Part shown: piece by piece, positions 50,901 through 63,760 of the stretch
How positions within the stretch are numbered: position 1 is the first letter of the stretch
Layout of the letters: each line of letters opens with the position of its first letter
Assembly (NCBI GenBank): GCA_950097015.1
Contig: CATNEN010000001.1
Location: forward strand, 9,486,001-9,550,000
DNA length: 64,000 bases
DNA from: Macrostomum hystrix
Taxonomy: Eukaryota > Animalia > Platyhelminthes
Reading direction: 5' to 3'
Made by a program: the position numbers and the translations under genes
The notes under the pieces: generated by a model
Database searches by the model: none
The model's input: only the letters and a program-made list of their open reading frames with translations
What the model was told of the DNA's origin: nothing

Positions 50901-53900
50901 TAGACACTGATGAGAAGTAGACACTGATGAGAAGTAGACACTGATGAGAAGTAGACACTGATGAGAAGTAGACACTGATGAGAAGTAGACACTGATGAGA
51001 AGTAGACACTGATGAGAAGTAGACACTGATGAGAAGTAGACACTGATGAGAAGTAGACACTGATGAGAAGTAGACACTGATGAGAAGTAGACACTGATGA
51101 GAAGTAGACACTGATGAGAAGTAGACACTGATGAGAAGTAGACACTGATGAGAAGTAGACACAGATGAGAAGTAGACACTGATGAGAAGTAGACACTGAT
51201 GAGAAGTAGACACTGATGAGAAGTAGACACTGATGAGAAGTAGACACTGATGAGAAGTAGACACTGATGAGAAGTAGACACTGATGAGAAGTAGACACTG
51301 ATGAGAAGTAGACACTGATGAGAAGTAGACACTGATGAGAAGTAGACACTGATGAGAAGTAGACACTGATGAGAAGTAGACACTGATGAGAAGTAGACAC
51401 TGATGAGAAATAGACACTGATGAGAAGTAGACACTGATGAGAAGTAGAGACTGATGAGAAGTAGACACTGATGAGAAGTAGACACTGATGAGAAGTAGAC
51501 AATTATGAGAAGAGACACTGATGAGAAGTAGACAGTCATGAGAAGTAGACACTGATGAGAAGTAGACAATGATGGTAAGTAGACACTGATGAGAAGTAGA
51601 CACTGATGGGAAGTAGACACTGATGAGAAGTAGACACTGATGGGAAGTAGACAGTCATGAGAAGTAGACACAAATGAGGCAATCAAGCTTAGTTTTCTAC
51701 GTTTGGTTGAAACTGATATACTTTATTCTTTGAAATGTAAATAAATATTTGCATTTAGAAGAGTACTTTTTGTTATCGAAGTCATTAAACAATGAAGACG
51801 CACTCTATTTAATTGGCTGCTTTAAGACACGCGATTGTTAATGTAACTGCATTCTAGAAGAAAAAGATAAAGAACAGAATGCGGATAAAATTGTAAGAAT
51901 ACTGCCACCCGAGCCACCCTTGATGAAAAGAAGCATTATAGATTGACAAAGACAAAAGATACCTGATAGACAGCAGAATGATGAGGCTTACATTGATACA
52001 AAGGGAAAATTCAGAACGAGAAGTAGATAAATTGAGAATACTATTTGATAAGTCGACAACAGGAGAAGTAGATAATGTGAGAAGTAGATAATGTGAGAAG
52101 TAGATAATGTGAGAAGTAGATAACGTGAGAAGTAGATCACGTGAGAAGTAGATCATGTGAGAAGTAGATCATGTGAGAAGTATATAATGTGAGAAGTAGA
52201 TAATGTGAGAAGTAGATCATGTGAGAAGTAGACCATGTGAGAAGCAGGTAATGTGAGAATTAGATAATGTGAGAAGTAGATAATGTGAGAAGTAGATAAT
52301 GTGAGAAGTAGATAATGTGAGAAGTGGATAATGTGAGAAGTAGATAATGTGAGAAGTAGATAATGTGAGAAGTAGATCATGTGAGAAGCACAGGTGTGTA
52401 CATCAGCCCTGACTATATAGAGGCTCATCAGCTCACCTCAGCACATCCGTGTGCCCATTCCTGGCGCTGAGGTGCAGGCAGGAAGCCGGAATGGATGCAG
52501 TTCCAGCTGAGCCAGAAAATAAGTGGCAGTCTTCGTACAGCAAACCAGTGACCGTCTTCATGGACATCAGCAGCTGCGCGATCTGAGTCCGTTTATCGAG
52601 GATTGTCTGAGAGATTGGCTTAGAGAAACTAACAAAAATTAACTAGTCCAGACTATTGAAGCGTTACTATGCTATGCTTGGCTTGCGTGGTTGGAAGTGG
52701 GGACAAACCAGAGGACGGGATGTGTACATAATAAGTATTTTATGGTCGACTTTTTTTTACCGAAATTTGTCTCAGGAAGCTAGAAAGTTAAGTTTTTTTT
52801 CTTGCAGAATTTTACAGCCTTCGGGAAGAAAATTGTAGCAAGCATAAAATGGTACATAGTTGCAACAAGATCTGAGCATTTGGTTAGATAAAAATTGAAA
52901 AAAATTGAAGAAAGATGCAACACAAAACAAAAAGATAACTGGTAGATCAGTAGGCAGCTAGATAGTAATACTTTTTCAGGAGGGCTGTAGGCAACTGGTA
53001 CATCATTTGGTGACACTAGACCCGCAGCCAGCGAGAAGGCATTTCTGCCCATTTCGCTGACTCCTGAGCACAGACACAGGCAAACGCTCACACAGGTGTG
53101 TACATCTGCCCTGACTTTCTCACCGTCGGGCAGTGTGCACTCTCAGTAGGACTTGGAGGTTGGTCCTTAAGGGCGTAAATTGCACGACAAGCCCCCAAGC
53201 CTTCTCTCCGCGGCTGCGCCCCTAATGAAAGTGGCCTCGCCGCGGAATCGAGATCAGGGACCTTGGTGTGAGAGGCGAACGCGTTAGACGCCCTTGCCAT
53301 TCTTTCGCCTCAGACAGGTGGATAATAAGAAATAAAAATAAGTAGAACTGCAGGTTGACTCACGGAAAAGTGCCCGAACTCGCAAGCAGCATCAAAGGCT
53401 GTCCTACCATCTTCTGTCCTTAGCATGGGGTCGGCATTATTGCATAGCAACAATTTCACCTGTATGTGTGATAGTTTTTAGTGGAGATTTGGCGAAGATT
53501 TGGTAAGTGATTTTTCCATTGTCAGTATTTTTACTTTTTAGGCTAGATTATTTTTAGGAACACTACTAAAGATACGAGGCAGACAATAGACATTTAGGAT
53601 GCGGGTGATGATTTTGGTGTTGCCAACCTTATAAAACAGTTACGAAAACTGACTGACATATTCAAATTTCAGTTTCACTGAACCGTACAAAAATTTTTTT
53701 TCTGCTTTAGAAATGCTTTTAATTTCTGTTGCCATCATTTTGGCAGCAATTTTTGGAAGCAAGCCTTAAGCTTTAACCACTAACAAATAGACCAATACAA
53801 ACAAACAAGTAAGAAAGAGAAGCAACCAAGACTCTACAGAACCGTCCTGACACTAACCTACAGAACCGTCCTGACACTAACCTACAGAACCGTCCTGACA

Positions 53901-56900
53901 CTAACCTACAGAACTGTCCTGACACTAACCTACAGAACTGTCCTGACACTAACCTACAGAACCGTCCTGACACTAACCTACAGAACTGTCCTGACACTAA
54001 CCTACAGAACCGTCCTGAAACTAACCTACAGAACCGTCCTGACACTAACCTACAGAACCGTCCTGACACTAACCTACAGAACCGTCCTGACACTAACCTA
54101 CAGAACCGTCCTGACACTAACCTACAGAACCGTCCTGACACTAACCTACAGAACCGTCCTGACACTAACCTACAGAACCGTCCTGACACTAACCTACAGA
54201 ACCGTCCTAACACTAACCAACAGAACCGTCCTGACACTAACCAACAGAACTGTCCTGACACTAACCTACAGAACCGTCCTGAAACTAACCTACAGAACTG
54301 TCCTGACAATAACCTACAGAACCGTCCTGACACTAACCTACAGAACCGTCCTGACACTAACCTACAGAACCGTCCTGACACTAACCAACAGAACTGTCCT
54401 GACACTAACCTACAGAACCGTCCTGAAACTAACCTACAGAACTGTCCTGACAATAACCTACAGAACCGTCCTGACACTAACCTACAGAACCGTCCTGACA
54501 CTAACCTACAGAACCGTCCTGACACTAACCTACAGAACCGTCCTGACACTAACCTACAGAACCGTCCTGACACTAACCAACAGAACTGTCCTGACACCAA
54601 CCAACAGAACCGTCCTGACACTAACCTACAGAACCGTCCTGACACTAACCTACAGAACCGTCCTGAGACTAACCTACAGAACCGTCCTGACACTAACCTG
54701 CAGAACCGTCCTGACACTAACCTACAGAACTGTCCTGACACTAACCAACAGAACCGTCCTGACACTAACCAACAGAACCGTCCTGACACTAACCTACAGA
54801 ACCGTCCTGACACTAACCTACAGAACCGTCCTGACACTAACCTACAGAACTGTCCTGACACTAACCAACAGAACCGTCCTGACACTAACCAACAGAACTG
54901 TCCTGACACTAACCAACAGAACCGTCCTGACACTAACCTACAGAACCGTCCTGACAATAACCTACAGAACTGTCCTGACACTAACCTACAGAATCATCCT
55001 GACACTAACCTACAGAACTGTCCTGACAATAACCTACAGAATCATCCTGACACTAACCTACAGAACCGTCCTGACATTAACCTACAGAACTGTCCTGACA
55101 CGAACCTACAGAACTGTCCTGACACTAACCTACAGAACTGTTCTGACACTAACCTTCAGAACTGTTCTGACAAGATACTACAAAAACATCCTGACAAGAA
55201 ACGACAGAAACGTCCTGACAAGAGACTACAAAATGTCCTGATAAGAACTCATGGAACTGTTGTGACAAGAGACTAAAAAACGTCCCAACAATAACCTATA
55301 GAAATGTCCTGACGAGAAATTACAGAAAAATCCTGACAAGAGATTGCAGAAGTGTTCTGAAAATGACCATAGTTTTTTATTTATAATGTTTTACACCTGC
55401 CTTAATCGTGCATCCGACAGCACAGCCGCAGCTATTGCGCTGCGCATCTGAAGGCTGCGTACGGCTGTTCAGTCCACGGACTGGGGGGGGGCGCCACACC
55501 CACCCTAAATTACCCCGCAGTTTATGCTGGTACCCATTTAACAGCTGGGTGAATTGAAGTAATGCAGAATTAAGTGTCTTGCAACAGGAAAAACTGCTCA
55601 AGTGGCTGGAATCGAACCCCCGACAGTCAAGTCGTGAGTCCGACGCTCTAACCACTGGGCTACAACACCCCGTCTTGACACTTCCGCACGAGAGCCTTTG
55701 AGCTCCTATTAGCAGTGCTCACCACATCGTAGTGACCACCCTGGCAGGCCAGGTGTAGTGGTGTCTGTCCCCCAGCAGCCGCAGCGTTGATCGAACTGTT
55801 CCATTTAAGCAGGAGGTGGACGCAATCAAAATGTCCCTGATAACTGGCCACATGCAGCGGTGACAGACCTGCAGTTGTTCATTGTGAAGGTTAAGTTTTA
55901 ATTAAACTTGTAGAACAGCTAGGTAATATACGTTTTTTATATAATAATCTCGACAATGACCTCGACAGTCGAGCAGGTCGACACGACCGCCGTGTTCCAG
56001 CAGGACGTGCAGAACTTGCGGATTGCCCGTAAATGCAGCCTGATGGAGAGCGGACATTCTGCAATGCGGGTAGAGACGGATTGGGACTGTGAGGTAGAGA
56101 ATGTGGCTATAAATATTAAGGAGAGGAAGGAGGATAGACACTGGTTAGGCATTGCTTGCATTGGTTCAAAGCTAATGGGCGCCCCTGCCGCATTTCCTAT
56201 CAACTAATACGAGATCTTGTCCTGAAAATAGGACACTAGGTCCCATTTCACTGGTGCTGAGAGATAATGGCGAAATGCAAAGTAAAGGAACGCTCATAAT
56301 TATGAGGTTGTCACTGTTACGAGGTATCAGGTCATGTTAAAGAATCTTCAGAAACGTCCTAAAAAGAACCGAAAAAAGTCCTGACAAGAACCAACAGAAA
56401 CGTCCTGACAAGAGATTACAGAAACGTCAAGACAATAACCAACAGAAACGTCCTGACAAGAGATAAAAGAAACGTCCTGACAAGAACCTACAGAATCGTC
56501 CCGACAAGGGATAACAGAAACATCAAGACAAGAGACTACAGGAACGTCCTGACAAGAGACTCCAGAAGCGTCATCACAAAAGACTCCAGAATCGTCCTGA
56601 CAAGAACCTACAGAAACGTCCTGACAAGAACCTACAGAAACGTCCTGACAAGAACCTACAGAAGCGTCCTGACAAGAACCTACAGAATCGTCCCGACAAG
56701 AGATAAAAGAAATGTCCTGACAAGAACCTACAGAATCGTCCCGACAAGGGATAACAGAAACATCAAGACAAGAGACTACAGGAACGTCCTGACAAGAGAC
56801 TCCAGAAGCGTCATCACAAAAGACTCCAGAATCGTCCTGACAAGAACCTACAGAAACGTCCTGACAAGAACCTACAGAAACGTCCTGACAAGAACCTACA

Positions 56901-59900
56901 GAAGCGTCCTGACAAGAACCTACAGAATCGTCCCGACAAGGGATAACAGAAACATCAAGACAAGAGACTACAGGAACGTCCTGACAAGAGGCTCCAGAAG
57001 CGTCATCACAAAAGACTCCAGAATCGTCCTGACAAGAACCTACAGAAACGTCCTGACAAGAACCTACAGAAACGTCCTGACAAGAACCTACAGAAACGTC
57101 CTGACAAGAACCTACAGAAGCGTCCCGACAAGGGATAACAGAAACGTCAAGACAAGAGACTACAGAAGCGTCATGACAAAAGACTCCAGAATGATCCTGA
57201 CAAGAACCTACAGAAGCGTCCTGACAAGAGCCAACAGAAACGTCCTGAATAGAGACAACCGAAACTTTCTGACAACAGACTACCGAAATATCGCATTTTA
57301 CTTTAAACGGGTATTAGACTAAAAACTTAAAAGGACTTTAAACTTTTTTAGCTAGTGACAATACAACTAATAGATTTTTAGTCTACTAGTTTGCGGACAA
57401 AAAACCAGATCCATTAGCTCGTGGTCCATTAACAGAAACGGGATGAGTAGCTATAAACATGAGTTTTCAGGACACATCTCCATAGAAATTTCCAGCAAAT
57501 GACCTCGATGCTATAAAAAGCATAAAATTATGCTTACAAGATGCTTTGCATAGCACGTATTGAACCACATTACATGTAGTATCTCATCTATGTACGGGCA
57601 ATGATTACGTAATAAGGCAAAAACCGAAAACATGGGAAGCATGAAAGGAGATAAGATGACTCGAAAGAGATGGGAATATCCTATCCCTACTGAGCAAAAT
57701 TTGAAACAGGAAACTTTGCCACTTGGGATACGCAGCACTGCAATACATTTTCAGGATATTGCTTGCAGATTATTGCGTAGAAACTCAATGCAACATTCGA
57801 GATGACTCAGACATTAACACATCTGACACATTGTCAGAAGCAAATTCACCACCCTTCATCTGGCCCTCCTGATTCTCATCATAATTCTCTCCCCCTGTCT
57901 CTCCCCTGACTGTCTCCCCTGTCTCTCCCATGGCTCTCTCCTCCGAACATCTCACCCTGACTCTCTCCCCTGTCTCTCCCCTGACTCTCTCCCCTGTCTC
58001 TCCCATGGCTCTCTCTTCCGAACATCTCACCCTGACTCTCTCCCCTGTCTCTCCCCTGACTCTCTCCCCTGTCTCTCCCATGGCTCTCTCCTCTGAACAT
58101 CTCACCCTGATTCTCTCCCCTGACTCTCTCCCCTGACTTTCTCTTCTGACTCTCTCCCCTGATTCTCTCCCCTGACTCTCTCCTGACTCTCTCCCCTGAC
58201 TCTCTCCCCTGATTCTCTCCTCTGACTCTCTCTCCTGATTCTCTCCCGTGATTCTCTCCCCTAACTCTCTCCGTTGATTATTCCCCAAGTTTTTTGTTAA
58301 TCCCATTGTCGCCCGGAACTAGTTAAAAATCCCAGTGAAAATCGTTTGCTAAACCTGCAAGACGAACACCAAAAGGCAGTTGTATTGATTCTAGACTGAG
58401 GTGTCTTGCGACTTTCTCGGCCAGAATTTTTGCCTCATAAATGTGGCCAAGTTAGGTATGGCTCAGGATTTTTAGTATTGTTTCTACACTAATACACAGT
58501 AGTAGCAGCTACAGCTTGAGGACACTTAAACTTGCCTGGTAGCACCAGCAAATAGAACAGAATTACTAAACGTGTAGCTTTTCCCAGTCCACATTTGGCC
58601 AGGAAAAAAACTTCTCAACTGGTTAAACAGTGGACTAGTGTCAATCATCCATTCTCTTTCCCATACTCTAGAGTCAAGAGCAGCGTGTCGACTGTTTCAG
58701 CCAGTGAAATGAAAGTGTATAAAAATTGTGAGTTCGCAAAGTCAGGTTGCATTTTTAACAGTCCATGACAAATGCCGGTGTGGCTGCTTTGTCGATCGTA
58801 GAGTATGTAAATAATGAATTACGGAACTTCAATACGAATCAAAGTGGAATAAATTGACGAAATTTGTCCTTGGTAATAAGATTTTTTGCTTTTTCTTGAA
58901 AGACAAACTAATAAGGAGCTTAAAATTTTATAATAAAGTTCTTCTAGTTGAAGAAAGAATAAATGATTCTATACTTTCCTAAGAAAATTCAGTTTTGAAA
59001 GTAACTGGTAAATAATTAAGCGAAAAAGAAAGACAATTAGGTTTCTTAGAAAAACTTTAAAATTAATTTTCTAAGAAAAGGCGTTTAAATATGTTTGCAT
59101 CTTAGAAATATTATTTTAAGTTCGTAAGGTTTCTAAGAAATTTGTTTGGATAAAAACCTAAATATTCGTAATTATAGATCTCTGATTTCTTAGAAATAAA
59201 CGAATAACATAGTTCTAGCAGCCGTAAAAATGATTGATTTCTAAGAATTTTGCTGGCTTTATTACCGAGTCCGACTGTCAACGGCGCTGCCCAGAACTCT
59301 GGCTTGGTGACATTTTCTACTATTGCAGGCGCATTTGCAATTCGGTCGACTGTTGCTGCCGCTGCTGCTGCTGTTGTTCTGTGCTGACAGTTTTCTAGTA
59401 TGTCCGTGATTCATTTTCGAATTTCAAGATTTTCGTCTTAGATCCTACTCCTTATGTCCAATTTTGGTCTCCTATGTGAGCTGTGTTCTCTGAGCAATTC
59501 ATACCCTAATCCACTTCTTCTCTCCTTATCTATAAACCTGCAGTTGGAGGTGCTCTAGCCAATCAGAGAAGGCCCAGACAGTTTTCCTGGGAATCTATAT
59601 TCTCCAATCGTTCTCAACAGGGCCGGCTTCCCACTCGCGTTGAGCAGATGGTGGCAGTGCAAACACTAATCTACGAATGTTCCTCTACCAGAGGAGGCTA
59701 ACTAGGAGCCTGGCTTGCCTAGGAAAGATGATTATCTATAGGTTCCATTTACAAATTCTGAATATTCTGTACGATCGGACCAATATCCTATTTCCTGTGA
59801 TATCCTAACTCCAGCGCTTATTCCCAGAGTGCCACTATAGTGAAATAGTACAAATGCGAGTTTCATCATTCAGCAAATCGATCTGACATTGCTAGCGTGT

Positions 59901-62900
59901 GTCATTTTCTCATTTGTTAAAATTATTCGATCCCTTGGATCGAGTGTGTCACATGCATGTCACATGCTTTATGTTTATTCATCTTGTTGGCATTCTAGAT
60001 ACGTTCTACATTTGTACATTCTCACAGCACAGATCTCTCGAATCTATCTTCCTAAGGCCACAAATTGTTCCAGTTTAGTCGGGAATCGAACTCCCGACCT
60101 TCAAGTCGAGAGTGCGACGCCATTACCACTAGGCTACAACCCTCTTAACCTACATCTCAGCTTCATCTGTTTCGAGTAATCTATCTCCCTTCATTTCTCC
60201 GATCTCTCTCCCTTCATTTCTCCAATCTCTCTCCCTACATTTCTCCGATCTCTCTCACTACATTTCTCCGATCTCTCTCCCTACATTTCTCTGATCTCTC
60301 TCCCTACATTTCTCCAATATTTCTCACTACATTTCTCCGATCTCTTTCCCTACATTTCTCCGATCTCTCTCCCTTCATTTCTCCAATCTCTCTCACTACA
60401 TTTCTCCGATCTCTCTCACTACATTTCTCCGATCTCTCTCCCTACATTTCTCTGATCTCTCTCCCTACATTTCTCCGATCTCTCTCCCTACATTTCTCCA
60501 ATCTTTCTCCCTACATTTCTCCAATCTTTCTCCCTACATTTCTCCAATCTTTCTCCCTACATTTCTCCGATCTCTCTCCCTACATTTCTCCAATCTCTTT
60601 CCCTACATCTCTGATCTCCCTACCAATATCCCACTAAAATTCTAACCTACATATCTCCATCTATGTAAGTATCTCATTCTTTCTCACACCACATCTTATC
60701 GCCAACTACATTGCCATAACCAATGTCAGTTATCAATTGCAGCATCAGCTCAGTTGTCATTGCCCACACAAGATTTCATCACAGTTCTTCGAGAAATCCT
60801 AAATGACCCACCCCATCAGCTAGCAGCTATACTGCACTGACCATAATATTCTGGCACAGCTAGCCCGTTTGGCATGCCAGATATCGACAAGCAATCATTA
60901 GTCCTCACAGCCCGAGGGACCAAGAGGCAAGATCAACATCGATATTGGAATCTGACTCGATGCAGCAGCAGCTGGAGTCTCTAACAAACCCAACCCCCCG
61001 CCATAAAGGAACCTTTCTCATCCTCATCTCACCCTCAATGACCTCACCACTGGCAGTCATGCGCTTTCATGTGCTGATACAATTATGAGTCTAGTGAGAA
61101 CACAGTATGAAAGCCTAAAACTGACCTTGGGGTCATTAGGGGCCAAAGTTATGTTATGCTTGAAATCGGAAATAAAAAATACTGCGAACCAACAAAGCAT
61201 AATTATTGTTTGCGTGTTGGACACTGTTTTACTAAATCCAATAATATTAAAAGCCCTGTATACTCATGACTAACCTGTTAGACATAGATCTAATAGCCTG
61301 TTAGACATAGATCTAATAACCTGTTAGACATAGATCTAATAGCCTGTTAGACATAGATCTAATAGCCTGTTAGACATAGATCTAATAGCCTGTTAGACAT
61401 AGATCTAATAACCTGTTAGACATAGATCTAGTAACCTGTTAGACATAGATCTAATAGCCTGTTAGACATAGATCTAATAGCCTGTTAGACATAGATCAAA
61501 TAGCCTGTTAGACATAGATCTAATAGCCTGTTAGACATAGATCTAATAACCTGTTAGACATAGATCTAATAGCCTGTTAGACATAGATCTAATAGCCTGT
61601 TAGACATAGATCTAATAGCCTGTTAGACATAGATCTAATAACCTGTTAGACATAGATCTAGTAACCTGTTAGACATAGATCTAATAGCCTGTTAGACATA
61701 GATCTAATAGCCTGTTAGACATAGATCAAATAGCCTGTTAGACATAGATCTAATAGCCTGTTAGACATAGATCTAATAGCCTGTTAGACATAGATCTAAT
61801 AGCCTGTTAGACATAGATCTAATAACCTGTTAGACATAGATCTAGTAACCTGTTAGACATAGATCTAATAGCCTGTTAGACATAGATCTAATAGCCTGTT
61901 AGACATAGATCTAATAGCCTGTTAGACATAGATCAAATAGCCTGTTAGACATAGATCTAATAGCCTGTTAGACATAGATCTAATAGCCTGTTAGACATAG
62001 ATCTAATAGCCTGTTAGACATAGATCTAATAACCTGTTAGACATAGATCTAATAGCCTGTTAGACATAGATCTAATAACCTGTTAGACATAGATCTAATA
62101 GCCTGTTAGACATAGATCTAATAGCCTGTTAGACATAGATCTAATAGCCTGTTAGACATAGATCAAATAGCCTGTTAGACATAGATCTAATAGCCTGTTA
62201 GACATAGATCTAATAGCCTGTTAGACATAGATCTAATAGCCTGTTAGACATAGATCTAATAACCTGTTAGACATAGATCTAGTAACCTGTTAGACATAGA
62301 TCTAATAGCCTGTTAGACATAGATCTAATAGCCTGTTAGACATAGATCTAATAACCTGTTAGACATAGATCAAATAGCCTGTTAGACATAGATCTAATAG
62401 CCTGTTAGACATAGATCTAATAGCCTGTTAGACATAGATCTAATAGCCTGTTAGACATAGATCTAATAACCTGTTAGACATAGATCTAATAGCCTGTTAG
62501 ACATAGATCTAATAGCCTGTTAGACATAGATCTAATAGCCTGTTAGACATAGATCTAATAGCCTGTTAGACATAGATCTAATAGCCTGTTATACATAGAT
62601 CTAATAACCTGTTAGACATAGATCAAATAACCTGTTAGACATGGATCAAATAGCCTGTTAGACAAAGATCTGAGAACCTTTAGACACATATCTAACATGT
62701 TATGTATGGATCTAACCAGTTGGACACAGACATAACATGTTATGCGGCCTAGTTTGAAGCCTTAGAAAATTGAAATTCATGCATGTAATAAACAAGTTAA
62801 TCATTGAAGATTGACACAAAATAGCGATATGGAGTTCTTATTTCATGGATTATAAACAATGCCACTCACCCGTTTCTTAGTTGCTGGTTGATAATGTTAA

Positions 62901-62933
62901 CTTTTCTCGCTTTCGCTGCACCGAGCAAATATC
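33898..62933 (-). CDS. caskin: Caskin-like scaffold (ankyrin repeats-SH3-SAM-SAM-Pro-rich-C-terminal motif); first exon(s) beyond window end
   Basis: Exons 62933-62870, 56058-55961, 55868-55723, 53459-53364, 52582-52437, 49873-49762, 43348-43246, 41465-40891, 40224-39549, 36015-35845, 35214-34668, 34120-33898 join in phase. Motifs: NGMSALHQAAFTGN, TAFDAACEFGH, SH3 (AIATRDFCD..WKG..GYFPASAVQLL), SAM2 ([22 protein letters not shown]), C-terminal LDDICDMLSDLQSMLD. Confidence 0.9.
34226..34556 (+). mobile_element. SINE family B, near full length
   Basis: A-box-like TGGCAGAATGG, B-box-like GCTCGATTCC, conserved body, (ATT)n-like tail. Confidence 0.83.
35568..35692 (-). mobile_element. SINE family B fragment
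   Basis: Contains the family's hairpin and GGCCTCGCCGCGGAATCGAGCTC segments. Confidence 0.72.
36698..39476. repeat. 9-bp minisatellite (ACCAGAACT) with higher-order variant pattern, caskin intron
   Basis: About 2.8 kb; variants ATCAGAACT, ACCAGACCT and ACCTGGACT recur in ordered blocks. Confidence 0.97.
40734..40807 (+). tRNA. tRNA-Ile (anticodon GAT), intronic and antisense to caskin
   Basis: Cloverleaf: acceptor GGCCGAG/CCCGGCC (one A:C mismatch), D arm GCTC/GAGC, anticodon stem TCGTG/CGCGA with loop CT-GAT-AA, T arm GAGGG-TTCGACC-CCCTC, discriminator A. TATATAAA lies ~30 nt upstream and a T6 run just downstream. Confidence 0.9.
42168..42501. repeat. 13-bp minisatellite (TGTTAGACAGAAC)
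   Basis: Visible tandem periodicity. Confidence 0.95.
42879..43145. repeat. GAGATGAGACAC-type minisatellite
   Basis: Same family as the arrays at 13.1, 16.2 and 23.9 kb. Confidence 0.9.
43880..44503 (-). CDS. Putative alternative first coding exon of the Caskin-like gene
   Basis: ATG at 44503 preceded by an in-frame TGA. 208 codons of Pro/Gln/Ser-rich, exon-like sequence end at ACA|GTAAGC (phase 0), compatible with the phase-0 acceptor at 43348. Confidence 0.7.
45200..46830. repeat. 32-bp minisatellite (TCATTATCCCCTGATCCTTCAGGTCTGTCTAC)
   Basis: Visible tandem periodicity; interrupted at 46280-46319. Confidence 0.96.
47812..49740. repeat. 30-bp minisatellite (ATTAACGATAGAATTATCCCAGATCCTCAW)
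   Basis: Visible tandem periodicity. Confidence 0.97.
50044..51671. repeat. 17-bp minisatellite (GAGAAGTAGACACTGAT)
   Basis: Visible tandem periodicity. Confidence 0.97.
52063..52388. repeat. 16-bp minisatellite (GAGAAGTAGATAATGT)
   Basis: Visible tandem periodicity. Confidence 0.93.
52965..53305 (-). mobile_element. SINE family B, near full length
   Basis: Colinear reverse-complement homology to 34226-34556. Confidence 0.83.
53833..55350. repeat. 24-bp minisatellite (ACCTACAGAACCGTCCTGACACTA)
   Basis: Visible tandem periodicity, decaying towards the right. Confidence 0.96.
55376..55672 (-). mobile_element. tRNA-derived SINE family A, near full length
   Basis: Head GGGGTGTTGTAGCCCAGTGGTTAGAGCGTCGGACTCACG..TTCGATTCC, CORE-like middle, A-rich tail. 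Confidence 0.82.
56345..57285. repeat. Related ~24-bp minisatellite (CAGAAACGTCCTGACAAGAACCTA) with higher-order blocks
   Basis: Multi-unit blocks repeated about three times. Confidence 0.9.
57885..58272. repeat. CT-rich minisatellite (CTCTCTCCCCTGA)
   Basis: Visible tandem periodicity. Confidence 0.88.
60045..60142 (-). mobile_element. SINE family A head fragment
   Basis: GGGTTGTAGCCTAGTGGTAATGG..GAGTTCGATTCCC..GGAACAATTTGT matches the 14642 copy. Confidence 0.7.
60180..60622. repeat. 23-bp minisatellite (CTACATTTCTCCGATCTCTCTCC)
   Basis: Visible tandem periodicity. Confidence 0.92.
61270..62695. repeat. 23-bp minisatellite (CCTGTTAGACATAGATCTAATAR)
   Basis: Visible tandem periodicity. 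Confidence 0.97.
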
Positions 62934-63152
62934 CTGCAATAGTTAAAAAATTTATTGCACAAAGTTTAGCTACAGACTACTATGAGTAATATGAGAGAAT
63001 TGTTGATGAGGGAATTTGTAGATGAGGGAATTTGTAGATGAAACTGAGGAAAAAGGCGTGAGGGAATCAGAGAATTTAGTATATTAGGAGATTATTAAAA
63101 ACGAATGAAAGAACATAAGCTTACTAGAAGTAGAAGATAAGTTAAAAAATAT

Positions 63153-63760
63153 TCCTCTTCTCTCCTCTCTCCTCTCCTCTCCTCTCTTCTCTCTCCTCTC
63201 CTCTCTTCTCTCTCCTCTCCTCTCTTCTCTCTCCTCTCCTCTCCTCTCTTCTCTCGTCTACCCTACTCTCTCCTCTCCTCTACTCTCTTCTCTCTCCTCT
63301 CTCCTCTCCTCTCTTCTCTCGTCTACTCTCCTCTCTCCTCTCCTCTACTCACTTCTCTCTCCTCTCTCCTCTTTTCTATCTCCTCTCTCCTCTACTCTCT
63401 CCTCTCTTCTCTCTTCTCTCTCCTCTCTCCTCTCTCCTCTACTCTCTTCTCTCTACTCTCTCCTCTCTTCTCTCTTCTCTCTCCTCTCTCCTCTCTCCTC
63501 TACTCTCTTCTCTCTACTCTCTCCTCTCTCCTCTTTTCTCTCTCCTCTCTCCTCTCTCCTCTCTCCTCCTTTCCTCTCTCCTCTCTCCTCTCCTCTCTCC
63601 TCCTTTCCTCTCTCCTCTCTCATCTCTTCTCCTCTCTCCACTCCTCTCTTCTCTCTCCTCTCTCCTCTCTCCTCTCCTTTCCTCTCTCCTCTCTCTTCTC
63701 TCCTCTCTCACACCCTCTCCTTTCATCATTCCACTCTCCTCTCTCGCCACTTCTCTCTCA
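63153..63760. repeat. Polypyrimidine (CT-rich) low-complexity tract
   Basis: About 600 bp almost exclusively C/T. Confidence 0.92.

Noticed and set aside
47769-54981. Long ORFs resembling LRR or Cys-rich repeat proteins (MRIWDNSIVN, HQCLLLISVYFSS, GRFCRLVS)
   Set aside because: Translations of 30-, 17- and 24-bp intronic minisatellites, with frameshifts between segments.
3950-62695. CRISPR-like arrays
   Set aside because: Repeats are head-to-tail without unique spacers, there are no cas genes, and the context is eukaryotic.
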